Assembly (NCBI RefSeq): GCF_001194135.2
Contig: NC_068984.1
Span: forward strand, 49,181,504 to 49,220,476
Direction of reading: 5' to 3'
DNA length: 38,973 nucleotides
Source of the DNA: Octopus bimaculoides
Lineage: Eukaryota
Below are positions 11,832 to 23,699 of this stretch, piece after piece. The position numbers were made by a program, and so were the translations under genes. Position 1 is the stretch's first letter. Each line of letters begins with the position of its first letter. The notes under the pieces were generated by a model. The model ran no database searches. It had not been told where the DNA came from and was given only the letters and a program-made list of their open reading frames with translations.

Positions 11832-12788
11832 GCATACATGTACAAGTATATGTGCGTATATGCATGTACTTACGTATGTATGAATGTTTGTATAACGATG
11901 TGTAAAATTATTGCTATCACGCTCATGTACATTAGATCGTGATGAGGCGCAATTATGCCAAAGCAATGTTTCTGGTAGTCTGCAGACGTCACTTGGAGTT
12001 CAAATCAATGTGATGTTTATACACTAAATCTACTGAAATCGCAGACAAAATTCAACAGCCGTTGTCTTTGTAGTTCTAGCGTACGTGTTCGCATTAAAAA
12101 TAAATATACACACCTTTCTTTCTCTTTCCCACTTATTCTCCGTAATCACGTAAATTCTAGCTTGACAATCGTCAGTACACCCCAACAAATATATACTTTT
12201 CCATATTCTGTATATAAGAAGAAAAGCTTCAGCTTAGCTCCAAATGACCGAGGTGATATATTTCACTCAGGAGGCGAAATCACGTCGAAACTCCATGAAG
12301 AGTAGTTCTCTGATTTAAGTGGTGGTCAACTCGATATATTTTTACATCCAAAATTTACATAGAAATTCTTCGCTGATACAAATTCTAAAGTCATTACCTT
12401 TCATGTTCTAATAGTTGTAAGCATCTAGATTTTGATATTTGTTGTTTCGTGTTTGTAAATTAAATACTCACACAAGCACACAGAAAGAGTAAGACAGAGT
12501 GCGTGTTGTATATACCCCTCTGTTCTAGTCACATTATTTATATCGAATCCATATATCTATATATATACACATCGTGTTGCGTCTTGGGAGAGTCATTACG
12601 CCAATAGTAACAAAACAACACGCACTGGTTCAATATCACATCTTTATTGTTAGACATTTAGTTAGATATCTAAGCAACTAATGAATCAATTGTTTGTTTT
12701 GTGTTGGTTAAACAACCATTTGATTATTGTTTGTCGTGTTTCAAAACACGAATTCACATCCAGAATGTTGCAAACCAAATACAAAAAC

Positions 12789-12842
<54 letters not shown>

Positions 12843-13117
12843 TGTGTGCGTGTGTGTGTGTGCTTGCGTTGGGGCGTGTTCGTCGATCTTCACCATTTTT
12901 AGATCTTCATAATCTCAGATACTGAGATCTGAGTTATAGATTCCTTTTTCTTTATAACAGGCAGGACAAATGTGATTGGTGTAGATGCAATTAATTTTTT
13001 TTTAACCGATAGATTTACAAGCCATTATACAGGTGTTAAATCTTCGTGATAAATGAATGCTATTGCTTCCAGAATTAATCGTCAATTTTTGTAGGAATAG
13101 TGTAGAGTGTAGTTGTG

Positions 13118-13206
13118 ATGCTAACTAATGTTTCCTATCTGGTTTGTTTTATATTGCTTGGTGTATTTTGTATTGCTTCGCAATTTATCGTTATTGCAAA
13201 TGCACA
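13118..13206 (+). CDS. Candidate first coding exon encoding a signal-peptide-like N-terminus (MLTNVSYLVCFILLGVFCIASQFIVIANA)
   Basis: Acceptor TTTTTGTAG at 13094, upstream in-frame TAG, ATG at 13118, a hydrophobic core ending in ANA, and donor CA|GTGAGT at 13207. No downstream exon was confidently linked. T-rich DNA gives hydrophobic peptides in two frames here. Confidence 0.3.
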
Positions 13207-13609
13207 GTGAGTAGCGGGAGAATATCGTATTTATATGATCAATTTAGCTTTTGGGGTTATGAAGTTATAACTTGCACGTTTGCAGTTGAATTTATAAATC
13301 ACATTGCTCATTGGTAACTTCTTTGCTAGATTTATACTTGTACTTTGTTATTAATGAGAAGGTCTTTAATTTTAGTGTTTTTGTAGTATATTATTTAATG
13401 CTAATTTATGGCTTGGTGTAATACATTTTATATTTCGTAACCAAGGTTTACATCCAAGTATATATATATGCGCATATAACCATGAACTGAGTGTTAGAAT
13501 AGTTTTGCGTGTGCTTTTATTTAATCTTAAGTACGTCTGAGAGTATATCTTACATTACTAATCAGTTTATCTACTTCAACAGCTACATACCTTTTGGTTG
13601 TGCTGGTGG

Positions 13610-13783
13610 TTGCGGTGAGTGACTTTTCTTCCGGCTTTATACTCTGAGTTCAAATCACGCCAAGGTCGACTTTGTCTTTCTTCCTTTCGGGTTGATAAAA
13701 TAAATACCAGCTGAGCACTGGCGTCGATGTAATCGATTTCTCCCACTACCCTGAAATTTCTGGCCCTGTACCGAAATTTGAAA

Positions 13784-13790
<7 letters not shown>
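13610..13790 (+). mobile_element. SINE of the dominant family, with an (ATT)n tail
   Basis: CTGAGTTCAAATCACGCCAAGGTCGACTTTGTCTTTCTTCCTTTCGGGTTGATAAAATAAATACCAG core, followed by (ATT)n to ~13840. Confidence 0.8.
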
Positions 13791-13838
<48 letters not shown>

Positions 13839-13842
13839 CATT

Positions 13843-14055
13843 AAGGTGGCGAAATAGCAGAATTTACAACACGTTGGGCAAAATAATTAACACTTCGACC
13901 GTATTTACGTCCTGAGTTTAAATGCTGCCGAAATTGATTTTGCCTTCCATCATTTCGAGGTCGATAAAAATAAGCACCAGTTGACAACTGGGGGTCTATG
14001 TAATCGACTTAACATGGTTCCCGAAATTGATGGCATTTTGCCAAAATTTGAAGCC
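13843..14055 (+). mobile_element. SINE of the dominant family, diverged full-length copy
   Basis: AAGGTGGCGAAATAGCAGAA head, then TTTGCCTTCCATCATTTCGAGGTCGATAAAAATAAGCACCAG core and CCAAAATTTGAA end. Confidence 0.8.
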
Positions 14056-15606
14056 AATATTTTCCTTATTTCCATCATCATCGCTATCATCCCCAGCAGC
14101 AGCAGCTGTTGTTGTTGTTGTTGCTGTTGTTGTTGTAATAGTAGTAGTAGTAGTAGTAGTAGTAGTAGGGTCTCTATTTCAGCTACTACTGTCTTAATGA
14201 TTATTTTATATTGTGGGTGTCTGTGATGGTGATAGTAACTACTGCACATAGAAGAATGCTGTCGGAGCTAGTTGTATTGATTGTCATTGTGGAGGAAGCG
14301 TTACTGTCATCGTTGTTGATTAGGTCCAGATCAGTCATACATCCACAATATCTAGGACCAAAGACTTTCCAAATATGGCCATCCCAACTTATTTTTACAT
14401 ATCTATCTAAAACTACACAATGCGTTACTACTAACTGCAGGGTTATGATTTGAGTGAGATTTAGCAGCAATTTCTGAAAATAAGAGCGATGCCGCGCAGA
14501 TGGCCCCTGTAACATATGACATTCTTCCTATTATGTCGTTTTTGTTAGATCAAAAGCATGATCTAAATCATCAGTAACAATCCTACAGTTTGTTTTTCAG
14601 ACTCCTATAGATATAAAAAATGATTATCTAGTATTTCCTATCTCTTTAAGGCAACAGAGTATGATATGAAAGTACAAGTTACCACTTAATGTCTCCCCGA
14701 TAATCTAGACAAATGCTCATCGCTATTAGTTGTGTTGTTTCATTAATGTTATCGATATCATTAGTGTTTATAAAGGATTTAGCATTGCATGCACAGAAAA
14801 GATATAAACAAGAACAGCATAGGCTGGGGGGGTCTAGTGTCTTTTGAGTGTCAGTGATACATAATGATCTTAATAGATACTTCTGTGCCACTGTTGAATT
14901 AATACTAATGCACGACTCTGTTGCTTGGATATTCATCAAATCCCTGGAAACAAAAATGCTTACAACCATACGTAATGATGTTATGGAACTTTCTCAATAT
15001 TTCATAGAAGCAGAAATTGTATGGTAGTTTTCTTCCTATGGTAATCTACATACTACTGATATCATTACATGTGTTTTTAGGATATTGACGGAGAGTTAAG
15101 CAAGAATTCATTAGTTATACACTCCCATGGATATCTTTATATGGATGTACATATGCTGACCATGTAGCAAAACCTTTCATCGGGCCTCTTTTTGTTATAT
15201 GGGATCCTGATGGGTGGCAAGATCGCGTCAGGCAAACTGGAGTAAGCTCAAACTGAGTTGTGTTGCCGAATGACTAGGCGCAACCCCTAAACCGGGTTTT
15301 CCATATATATCATACAATATTGAAGAGAATGGAGTACAGTATCAAAGACCGGTCCGTTCACGGCCCAGTCTCTTTCCATACGCATTTTATAGCAACTGCT
15401 CTTGTATGTTCTCAGACAACTTTGAGCAAATCTATGATCAACAGCGTTCAAAGTGTGACAGTGTTGGTGCGGAAGATTGTAACAATGATGATGGTTGATG
15501 ATGACGACGACGACGACGTCGATGACGAGGAGGAGGAGGAGGATTGATTATATCGGCAGAAAGACCGCAGAATATTTTTAATAATAACTTTATTGATCAA
15601 ATTCTG

Positions 15607-15735
15607 TTAAGGTCGACTTTGCCTTTCATCCTTTCGGGGTCGATGAAATAAGTACCAGCTGAGCTCTAAGTCCGATGTAATCAACTAGCCTCCTCCCACG
15701 AAATGTCAGGCTTTGTGCCTATAGTAGAAATGATA
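15607..15735 (+). mobile_element. SINE of the dominant family, 5'-truncated
   Basis: AAGGTCGACTTTGCCTTTCATCCTTTCGGGGTCGATGAAATAAGTACCAG core. Confidence 0.85.
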
Positions 15736-15879
15736 ATTACTTTATCGACATTCGCAAAATAAAATTCAAATCAACCTAGGTGCTGCTCGAAATTAGAACG
15801 TGCAATTATGAAACTATATTCATTTAGTGAATCGCTGGAAGAGTCCATTTGTTACTCGATGCAACTAAAAACCAATACA

Positions 15880-16045
15880 GTCATTACGTTCTGAGTTCAA
15901 ATTCCGCCGAGGTCGACTTTGCCTTTCATCCTTTCGGAGTCGATTAAATAAGTACCAGTTATGCACTAAGGTTGATGTAATCGACTTAATCTGTCCTTGT
16001 TTGTCCCCTCTATGTTTAGCCCCCTGTGGGCAGTAAAGAAAAAAT
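15880..16045 (+). mobile_element. SINE of the dominant family, alternative 3' end
   Basis: Same core (TTCTGAGTTCAAATTCCGCCGAGGTCGACTTTGCCTTTCATCC), but a different tail: GTTTGTCCCCTCTATGTTTAGCCCCCTGTGGGCAGTAAAGAAA. Confidence 0.85.
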
Positions 16046-16057
16046 ATATAACACGCC

Positions 16058-16275
16058 GGCAAGGTGGTCAGCTAACAGAATCGTTAGCACGCCGAGTGAA
16101 ATGCTTAGCGGTGGTTCGTCCGTCTTTAAGTTCTGAGTTCAAATTTCGCCGATGTCGATTTTGCCTTTCATCCTTACGGAATGGATAAAATAAGTACCAG
16201 TTGAACCCTGAGGCTGATTTAATCGACTTAGCCCTTCCCCTGAAATTACTAACCTTGTGCCAAATTTTGAAACCT
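16058..16275 (+). mobile_element. SINE of the dominant family, full-length
   Basis: AAGGTGGTCAGCTAACAGAATCGTTAGCACGCCG head, the shared core, and a CCAAATTTTGAAACC end. Confidence 0.85.
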
Positions 16276-18019
16276 ATATATAACATAGATAGGCTGGTGG
16301 TTCGCATTTCGTCGCCAATACTGTGTTTAGGACCGGAAAAAATTAAACTTTGAATGTACGACTCTTTTTAGCTCCATGCAAGCACTACAGGGTGCAACAG
16401 TTGAGTACTGAAGAGTACCAAACGTGAAGCAGCCTATTTCACCTAGCTTTATGGAATTGCTACAACTGAATATTGGAGACGGTGAAAATATTAGAATTTT
16501 AATTGCTAACCTAACCAAACTCTGAATTACATTTTGAAAGGGCTATAAATGAAAGCTGCTGGTGACTATTGAATAACAAGCTAATCCAGTAGGTATTATG
16601 AATTGCTCTACCGTAAATAGTGGTATCACTGCCAAAATGAGAATGGCTACCTTCAGCTACCTCACAATTGAACACTTGACAGTGACAACACAATATTTAA
16701 GGCTGAATATTTTGCTTGGTTTGTGTTATTAGTTGAACTCTTCATTCAAGTTGGCCTGGAGGAAGCAATTGAAATCGTCCCACTGTCCTTTCTTTCAATC
16801 ACATCTTGAATACAAGATCTTTAGAAGCGTCTCAGCATGCCAAACCAAGGCACTGGACTAATCATACCTGTAATGCGGAGGTGGAATCTAGTAGTTTAGA
16901 ATTTCAGCTTGTTTGTTGAAATCTAGAGGTATTCAGGTTTCAAGTGAATGTTTATTTTATAAAATAAGCGGTGACCTCACGTATGACTGTCTCTGCCCGG
17001 GACGTTAGAATTATTTGATTGGGCGTTGTCTATTAAAACATTCGTAAGATTCCGTTGATTTTATTGCCTTTCCATTAAGTAGTTTCTGTAAAATCGTCTG
17101 TGGTCTCTACAATCTCACATCTACTGTAAAGAAAGGCAATGAACCGTGGCAGACACTGAACAATTGGATTTTATCTCAACCCAGTAATTTTCTTATGTTC
17201 CACTTCATTCATATTCAGAACAGGTTAAGTAGGTGGAATTTTAAAGAAAATTGTAATAGTTCTTCTGTGAGCTTGACGGAGGCACTGAAAATCAATTCTG
17301 ATATATTCCTTTTTAAATCATTTTATGTCTAAACGTTTACTTTTCATCATTTTTATCACCCCCACCTGGTCCCTTAGTGCCTTTATTGGAATTCAATCTG
17401 ATGTAAGCATTCAGGCAAGGAGGATAGGTCCCTTTGTGTTGTGCCTAATGCCCGTCTGTCTCGGATGCCTTGAATAAAAAAAAAAGTCATGCATACTACC
17501 TTTTTCTTCATGGTAAAGCAGTAAAATACTTAATCGTAATAGAGTCGTAGTAATGTTGGTCGTGTTTGTTGACGAGTGTTTAGTGAGGACTTTGTTTCGA
17601 GTAATTGCAAGAATAAGTATAGCACGTAAAGTAAGAATGATAAGGAGGAAGAAAGAAGAGGAGGACATGAAGGATGAGGAAGAGGAGGACATGAAGGATG
17701 ATGACAGCAACGACGAAGATAATAATAAATTCATTAGACACAACACAAATATTTTCCTCTTTTTTTTTTTCTTGCTGTGCAGAAGTAATGCGGTCGATAG
17801 AAATATATAGCGGTGTATTACACTATAAGAGTGTTTATGGCAAACAGTAGTCAACAAACAGGGGAAACAAATGACAGACAGATATCATTTCATCTTTCGT
17901 AGTTTTTTTACTTCTACTTCAAGCTGAAGTATCACTGATGTTGTCGTTATTATCAGTAGCAATTTCCTCATCATTATTATTATCATTATCATCATCCCCA
18001 TCATTGTTATCATCGTCAT

Positions 18020-18075
18020 CATCATAGTAGCAAGAAATATACCTCATAGTTCTTTCCACCAATAGTTACAGTGAA

Positions 18076-18117
<42 letters not shown>

Positions 18118-18357
18118 TAGCAGCAGCAGCAGTAGCAGCAACAATAACATCTTCATCGTAATCATCATCGTCTTCAGCTTCTAATTACTTACATCGTTAT
18201 GGTTATATATATGCACAGCGATTTTCATCAAAATAAATTAACATCAGCCTAAACACAGTCATCGTCATCGTCATTATCATAGTCGTCGTCGTCTTCGTCG
18301 TCATCGTTGGTGTCGTCGGCGTCATCATCCTCCACGTCCTCCTCCTCCTCCTCCTCC

Positions 18358-18424
<67 letters not shown>

Positions 18425-18486
18425 AGTAGCAAGAAATATATCTTATGGTTCTTTCCACTTTTAGTTACAGTGATCATCATTATCAT

Positions 18487-18518
<32 letters not shown>

Positions 18519-18570
18519 GCATCTTCATCGTAATCATCATCGTACTCAAAATCCAATTACTTTCATCGTT
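18020..18570. repeat. ~400-bp-period tandem duplication in a (CAT)n/(CAG)n-rich region
   Basis: TCATAGTAGCAAGAAATATA...TTCTTTCCAC...GTTACAGTGA...(CAG)n...CATCTTCATCGTAATCATCATCGT occurs at ~18020-18190 and again at ~18420-18565. Confidence 0.8.
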
Positions 18571-18999
18571 TATGATTATATACGTACAACGACCATCATC
18601 AAAATAATCAACATCACCATTATCATTGTCGTCGCCATCATCATATACTTCGTCGTCATCATCATATACATCGTCGCCATTATCCTCGAACATTTCAAAC
18701 CAAGGACTGTGTAGCTTCTAGTAAATACTAACTGATATAGTTGATCTTGTCCTCGATCTGGATATTTAAGATTCAGTTCACCTATAATATAATTCAATTG
18801 AATTAATATCAACTCATAATGCAGATTTTTCCTTCCATTTCGTACCATTCGTGAATGTAATACCTCCATACCAATAGGATCATTACTTGCATCAGTCGAA
18901 CACTCAAATTTTGTGAATCATACATACAGCAAATGTGTGTGTATGTTCAGTACATGCTTCCATTGAAAATGTGAAGAGTCAGTGTAGTATACAGAATGT

Positions 19000-19900
19000 T
19001 TTAGTCTGTAAATGGGTGGTTTCACATAACATGGACAGCAAGCATTCCTTTGAGAGAAATTCAGGGTGTTTAGTCTCACCCAGAAATGAGCCGAGAGGAA
19101 GTTGTCCCTGAAAGGTCGGGTGGAATTGGTGAATGCGTACATCGCATCCGTCATATACTACCGACTGAATGTCATCCCTTGTCCCACATCGTGACTGAAC
19201 AGGCTGATACGTTTGCTCTTCCGCTTCCTGTGGAGGGTACAGGTACCGCTTGTCAAATGGTCCATTTGCTATCAGCACCGGTTGCGTGGACGACTGGGCA
19301 TGCCATGGCTAAGGATGAGCAGACATGTGCTGACGTTGCAACATCCCCAGCCATACCTTAATGGTAAGCAGGTATGGTCACCGTTTGCTGAACGCGCCTT
19401 TCTACAGATTGTTCTCCTTGACGGAGTTACAGTCCGAGTCCACTGTGAAGATCGCCCTAACCCCTTCCTTTGGCCGGGAAAGGAGGGCAATTTTCCTCTG
19501 TCTGATGGCTATGGCAAAAGAGGTTGTGTAGTGGACGCGATTGAGAGGGTTGAATCGGGTGCCTTCGTCTTTAGCCAAGGCTTCATCGACTTTTTCAAGT
19601 TCTACCTGAAAAAGAATTTGAGTTTGGAGCGGGTGGTACTGTCATCCAATTAGTTCGTTGAAAGGTGGGTGAATGTGACAAGAATGGGCCGCCTATTCTA
19701 AGGAGGTGCCTGTAGGCCGGATGGAAGGAAGTAGAGAGGGTGCCTTTCTGAGGAGCCTTTTGGTGTTAAGAGGTCCAAAGTGCATGAGGTCTCTCTGATC
19801 ACCTTGCTTTGGAACTCCTTCTTCCCGGGGAAGCATATTGTTCATTTAATCTCTTTGTTAATCGCTGTTTGTTGGCTCTTCACACATTTAACCTCACTGT
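19000..19900 (+). mobile_element. L1/Tx1-type LINE 3' fragment (C-terminus of ORF2), decayed
   Basis: Frames give TVKIALTPSFGRERRAIFLCLMAMAKEVV*WTRLRGL and GFIDFFKFYLKKNLSLERVVLSSN*FVERWVNVTRMGRL. These resemble L1/Tx1 ORF2 C-termini as I recall them. GC content is elevated relative to the flanks. Confidence 0.7.
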
Positions 19901-19965
19901 CACTCGTCTGTGTATCATCCTCTATGTTTTGTGTTCGGGCCTGGTAGCAAATAGAGAGAGAATTA

Positions 19966-20020
<55 letters not shown>

Positions 20021-20599
20021 CATTATTATTATATTTACTGCTGAACACGATAAACGTATTTTCGAACGCCCGAAGTAAGTCTCGTTTAAAACCTTTGTTT
20101 TCACCTATATGTTGCCGTTTTTTTTTTTGTTTTTTTCGTTTNNNNNNNNNNGTTTTCACCTATATGTTGCCGTTTTTTTTTTTGTTTTTTTCGTTTAAGC
20201 ATGGTTCCAGTTTGTTAATAGAAACACTAGGGACGTGGCATTGGGTTCCTGTGTTTGTTTATCCCTTAGCGGGGCTATATTCGGCCCCAAATAAGTTCGG
20301 TGAGCGTTTCAATCAAATATAAATCAACAAGATGGCAGAACGCAACTTGAAAAGTTTTTTTTTAAAAACTAACCCTTTTCACAGAATGTTTTTGAATGCT
20401 GAAGATTTCCTTCCTCCCTCCGTTACTGATAACATTACCGGAAAGGGAGTGGGAAGAAAAGGAAGGGCATTAAAGTTTAAAACCCACCTCATAGTAGTAG
20501 CAGTGAAAGCATTGGCAACAGCAGTGACGGCAATGATAGCGGAGGTGACAGCGGCGGCAGTGTCTCAGCGACGGCAGCAGAGATATACTGTATGTTCTC

Positions 20600-20900
20600 T
20601 CGGTAGTTCTGGGACGGTGATGGATTTCATCTCCTATCTCAGTGGCATGCCGCGCCTCTCAGCCAGGGATGCGGATTTCAGCCGAAGATATACGGAACGC
20701 GATGAAAGCCTGCGCAAGGGAGAAGTCTCCGGGGTGGGATTGTCTTCCCTTCGAGCTTTATTTTCATAAGCCAGACTTGTCTGGTGGTCTCTTNNNNNNN
20801 NNNGGTGGGATTGTCTTCCCTTCGAGCTTTATTTTCATAAGCCAGACTTGTCTGGTGGTCTCTTGGCAGATGTCTACCACAATCGGGTTTTTTTTTAAGG
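20600..20900 (+). mobile_element. L1/Tx1-type LINE fragment (start of RT domain)
   Basis: MPRLSARDA...ISAEDIRNAMKACAREKSPGWDCLPFELYFHKPDL matches the KSPGxDGLPxEFY motif that precedes LINE RT. Confidence 0.75.
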
Positions 20901-20939
20901 ATGTGAGCAATATTTGTCAGCTCAATCTTATCTAGATGT

Positions 20940-22900
20940 CTGACATCCCTTTCTTATCATACCTTGGGCACTCACAAAAACAGGAACATCTTTTGTATTT
21001 CAATTTCCAGGTCCTTATATTTAGTTAATTTGTCAAATTCCTTTACATATGTAATTTTATCAATGGGAACATTTGCATCTAATAGTCTACGAGTAATTTT
21101 TTCTGTCTTTAATAACCATGCTTGGCTGATTAGCCCGATCGTTCTACCAGATGATAGGGAGATTTTTATGTTCAACGACTGGCTCAAGACAATGTTCATA
21201 CCAGTAAGCAGGAGTGCTGAGTAACAATATCTGAGTAACAATTCTGTTCGTATCGTTGTTTTCTATCTCCGAATAAGTCACTTTTTTCTTGGTGGTTATC
21301 GTTCCCTGTCTTACTTCTAGCAAAAACATTCAATCGTTGTCCATTACGTATTTCCTTAAATTAAAATCTTTATCTTTACTTCTACACTGTCTTCGACACA
21401 TCAAAACTTCACATCTAATTTTTTTGTTGAATTTACAGTACGTCAAAATGTACCTCAGACGATGTCTTATGGTCGACTTATCAATAAATAATCTTTGGTC
21501 ATTTATCCTTTGTCGAACTTCTCCGATATCAAATATGTTCAGTGGGGAATAAGTTTTGTTCCTCTAAGTTTGCAAATGTCTTATCCGCAAACGAACTAGT
21601 TAGCATTTTCCATAATAACGGAATACAAGCTTGAGACCACACTACCTTTCTTCTTGCCCTTTCATGAAAAGTTTTGTTTTACCATTAATCGTTTAATTTA
21701 GGATACTTCCACTCCGGAGATATGCATTTAATAACAGTACTTACCTAGATATTTTACTGTTCTTTAGCACGCATCCTTATAGTCTACCTTGAATAGCTCC
21801 CAATTAGGTAATTTGAAAGCATATTTTAATGAACTCTAGAGAAATTACTATGTCAATTTCTTGTTTTTACTCGCCTGAATTTGCTATCTAATTTTATCCA
21901 CCTTTTCTCTAAGTTGTAAATACCTTTCTTGATCCATATATTATTACTGCTTCTCTCCGCATCTGGTAAAATATATCATTTTGTATCTCTACCCACTCTA
22001 CGTTTTTAAACAATCTCCTCTGATTATTTTGGAACATTTTGTCTCTGCTCAAACTGATCTCTCCTATTCCTATATTATTTTACCTAAGCTTAAGGCGGCG
22101 AGCGGGCAGAATCTTTAGCACGCCGGACAAAATGCTTGGTCGACTTAGCTTGTCGTCCTTTTGGGTGCAATATAATTGACTAGCCCCACCCACGATTTTC
22201 AGACCATGTACTAATAGTAGAAAGGATTATTTTACTTTAGGTGATTTGCCGGCACTCTTCACTTCAGTTTTTCATTATCCTTTTTAACATTCTTAGTATT
22301 TTAAGGAATCTCAGTGCATCTTATTTAAGAAATTATAGTTGACTCATTTCCCGTCTCAAGCTATAGATGCCATTTTTTATCTATCGTTTCCGCTAATGTA
22401 TCACTCTATCCGTTTTCGGTTCACATGTGTGTAACCAACCTTTTTTGCAACTACTCCAGCAGTAGTCTTGCATAGATTACGTACCGGCAGAAGACAAGAG
22501 ACTCATTTCATATAATATTGTCAAATTCTTTTTACTTTTGTTATGCAGTCTTTCGTATCCTCTAAATTTGGCAAGTTTCTCTTTACTATTTTGTTCAATT
22601 TCGACTCATATATTGCCAAGTAATTTGACTGCAACGTCATTCCGCCCATCCTGCCATATTCTTCTTAATTCTATTCCACTGATTTAGCTCTAAAAGTGTA
22701 CCAATGACGGCCAGAGCACTCCTTCTCTCCATCTGACTCCGAATTGATTTCTTTACGTCGGAAGTCAACTCGGTGTATGTATTGAGGTGGTAGCAATACC
22801 GGTGCTTTATCTAACATCATCTCTAGGAGAATCATCTACCGAGGCAAAAATAATCCCATGTGGTAGACCTAACCTCGATAGAGGCCTTGTAATATATGAT
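20940..22900 (-). mobile_element. R4/Dong-like non-LTR retrotransposon with REL endonuclease, internally deleted
   Basis: Minus-strand motifs in order: IYSLRREMSQL, KMFQNNQRRLFKN, ILPDAE, LPNW, YGKC/WKMLT-like, DQRLFIDK, then WYEHCLEPVVEHKNLPIIW and LLDANVPIDKITYVKEFDKLTKYKDLEIEIQKM (REL D..P...KExDK..KY.DL motif). Confidence 0.75.
22070..22230 (+). mobile_element. Internally deleted SINE of the dominant family, inserted into the REL LINE
   Basis: AAGGCGGCGAGCGGGCAGAATCTTTAGCACGCCGGACAAAATGCTT head joined to a GACTAGCCCC...ATAGTAGAAAGGATTATT tail. Confidence 0.7.
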
Positions 22901-23361
22901 TCCGAAGTAATTCTTGCTACTGTTAGCATCCGAGAGATTATAATGCAGGATCAAGTTAAGTTGTAATAATAGCAATAACAGCAACAATTAATTTTGATAT
23001 TTTTGGGAGGTGGCCATTGACGTTCCTGAGTTTATTCACACATTGAGAGGATTTCTCCGTCCAGCAGAATGTTCATATAATGTAAAATCCCACTTCTCAC
23101 CAAGCGTAAAAGGTTAGTTTGTCTGTTTAATTGCCGACGGTCCGATTGTATTCAATTTGTATTACGTGGATTCCAATAGCAAGTGTTCGTCCTGACATTT
23201 CTCTATGTGCTGATGAGTTTTCTTCTTTCCTTTCAAAGGATACAATGGAACCGCTATCTCTTGGAAAGAAGAGAAAGGTAGATAAGATAATTTAGTGCAG
23301 ACAATACAGGAATAATGAATAAATTGAAATAAACAAATATATACTTCTCTACTCTAAGTAC

Positions 23362-23653
<292 letters not shown>

Positions 23654-23699
23654 AGCTTAAGCGACAGTTTCCTGCATTCTACAGTACTAACTATAGCAT

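Noticed and set aside
14679-14969. Minus-strand 86-codon frame bounded by TTTCCAG and G|GTAACT
   Set aside because: Splice-like ends are present, but the peptide is unrecognisable and the opposite strand is similarly open; there is not enough support.
15010-15255. + strand frame with a single in-frame TGA (FLGY*RRVKQEF), reminiscent of selenoprotein T (UGYRRVFEEY)
   Set aside because: The TGA is on the wrong side of GY, there is no CxxU, no SECIS was seen, and the 3' part appears to be an interspersed repeat.
17385-17490. Short unique segment with exon-like signals on both strands and AATAAA plus an A-run
   Set aside because: All frames are short, there is no homology, and the strand is ambiguous.
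20095-20200. Direct repeats flanking the 10-N gaps (also 20745-20860 and 34955-35055)
   Set aside because: These are identical sequences on both sides of nominal gaps, i.e. unmerged contig overlaps, not biological duplications.
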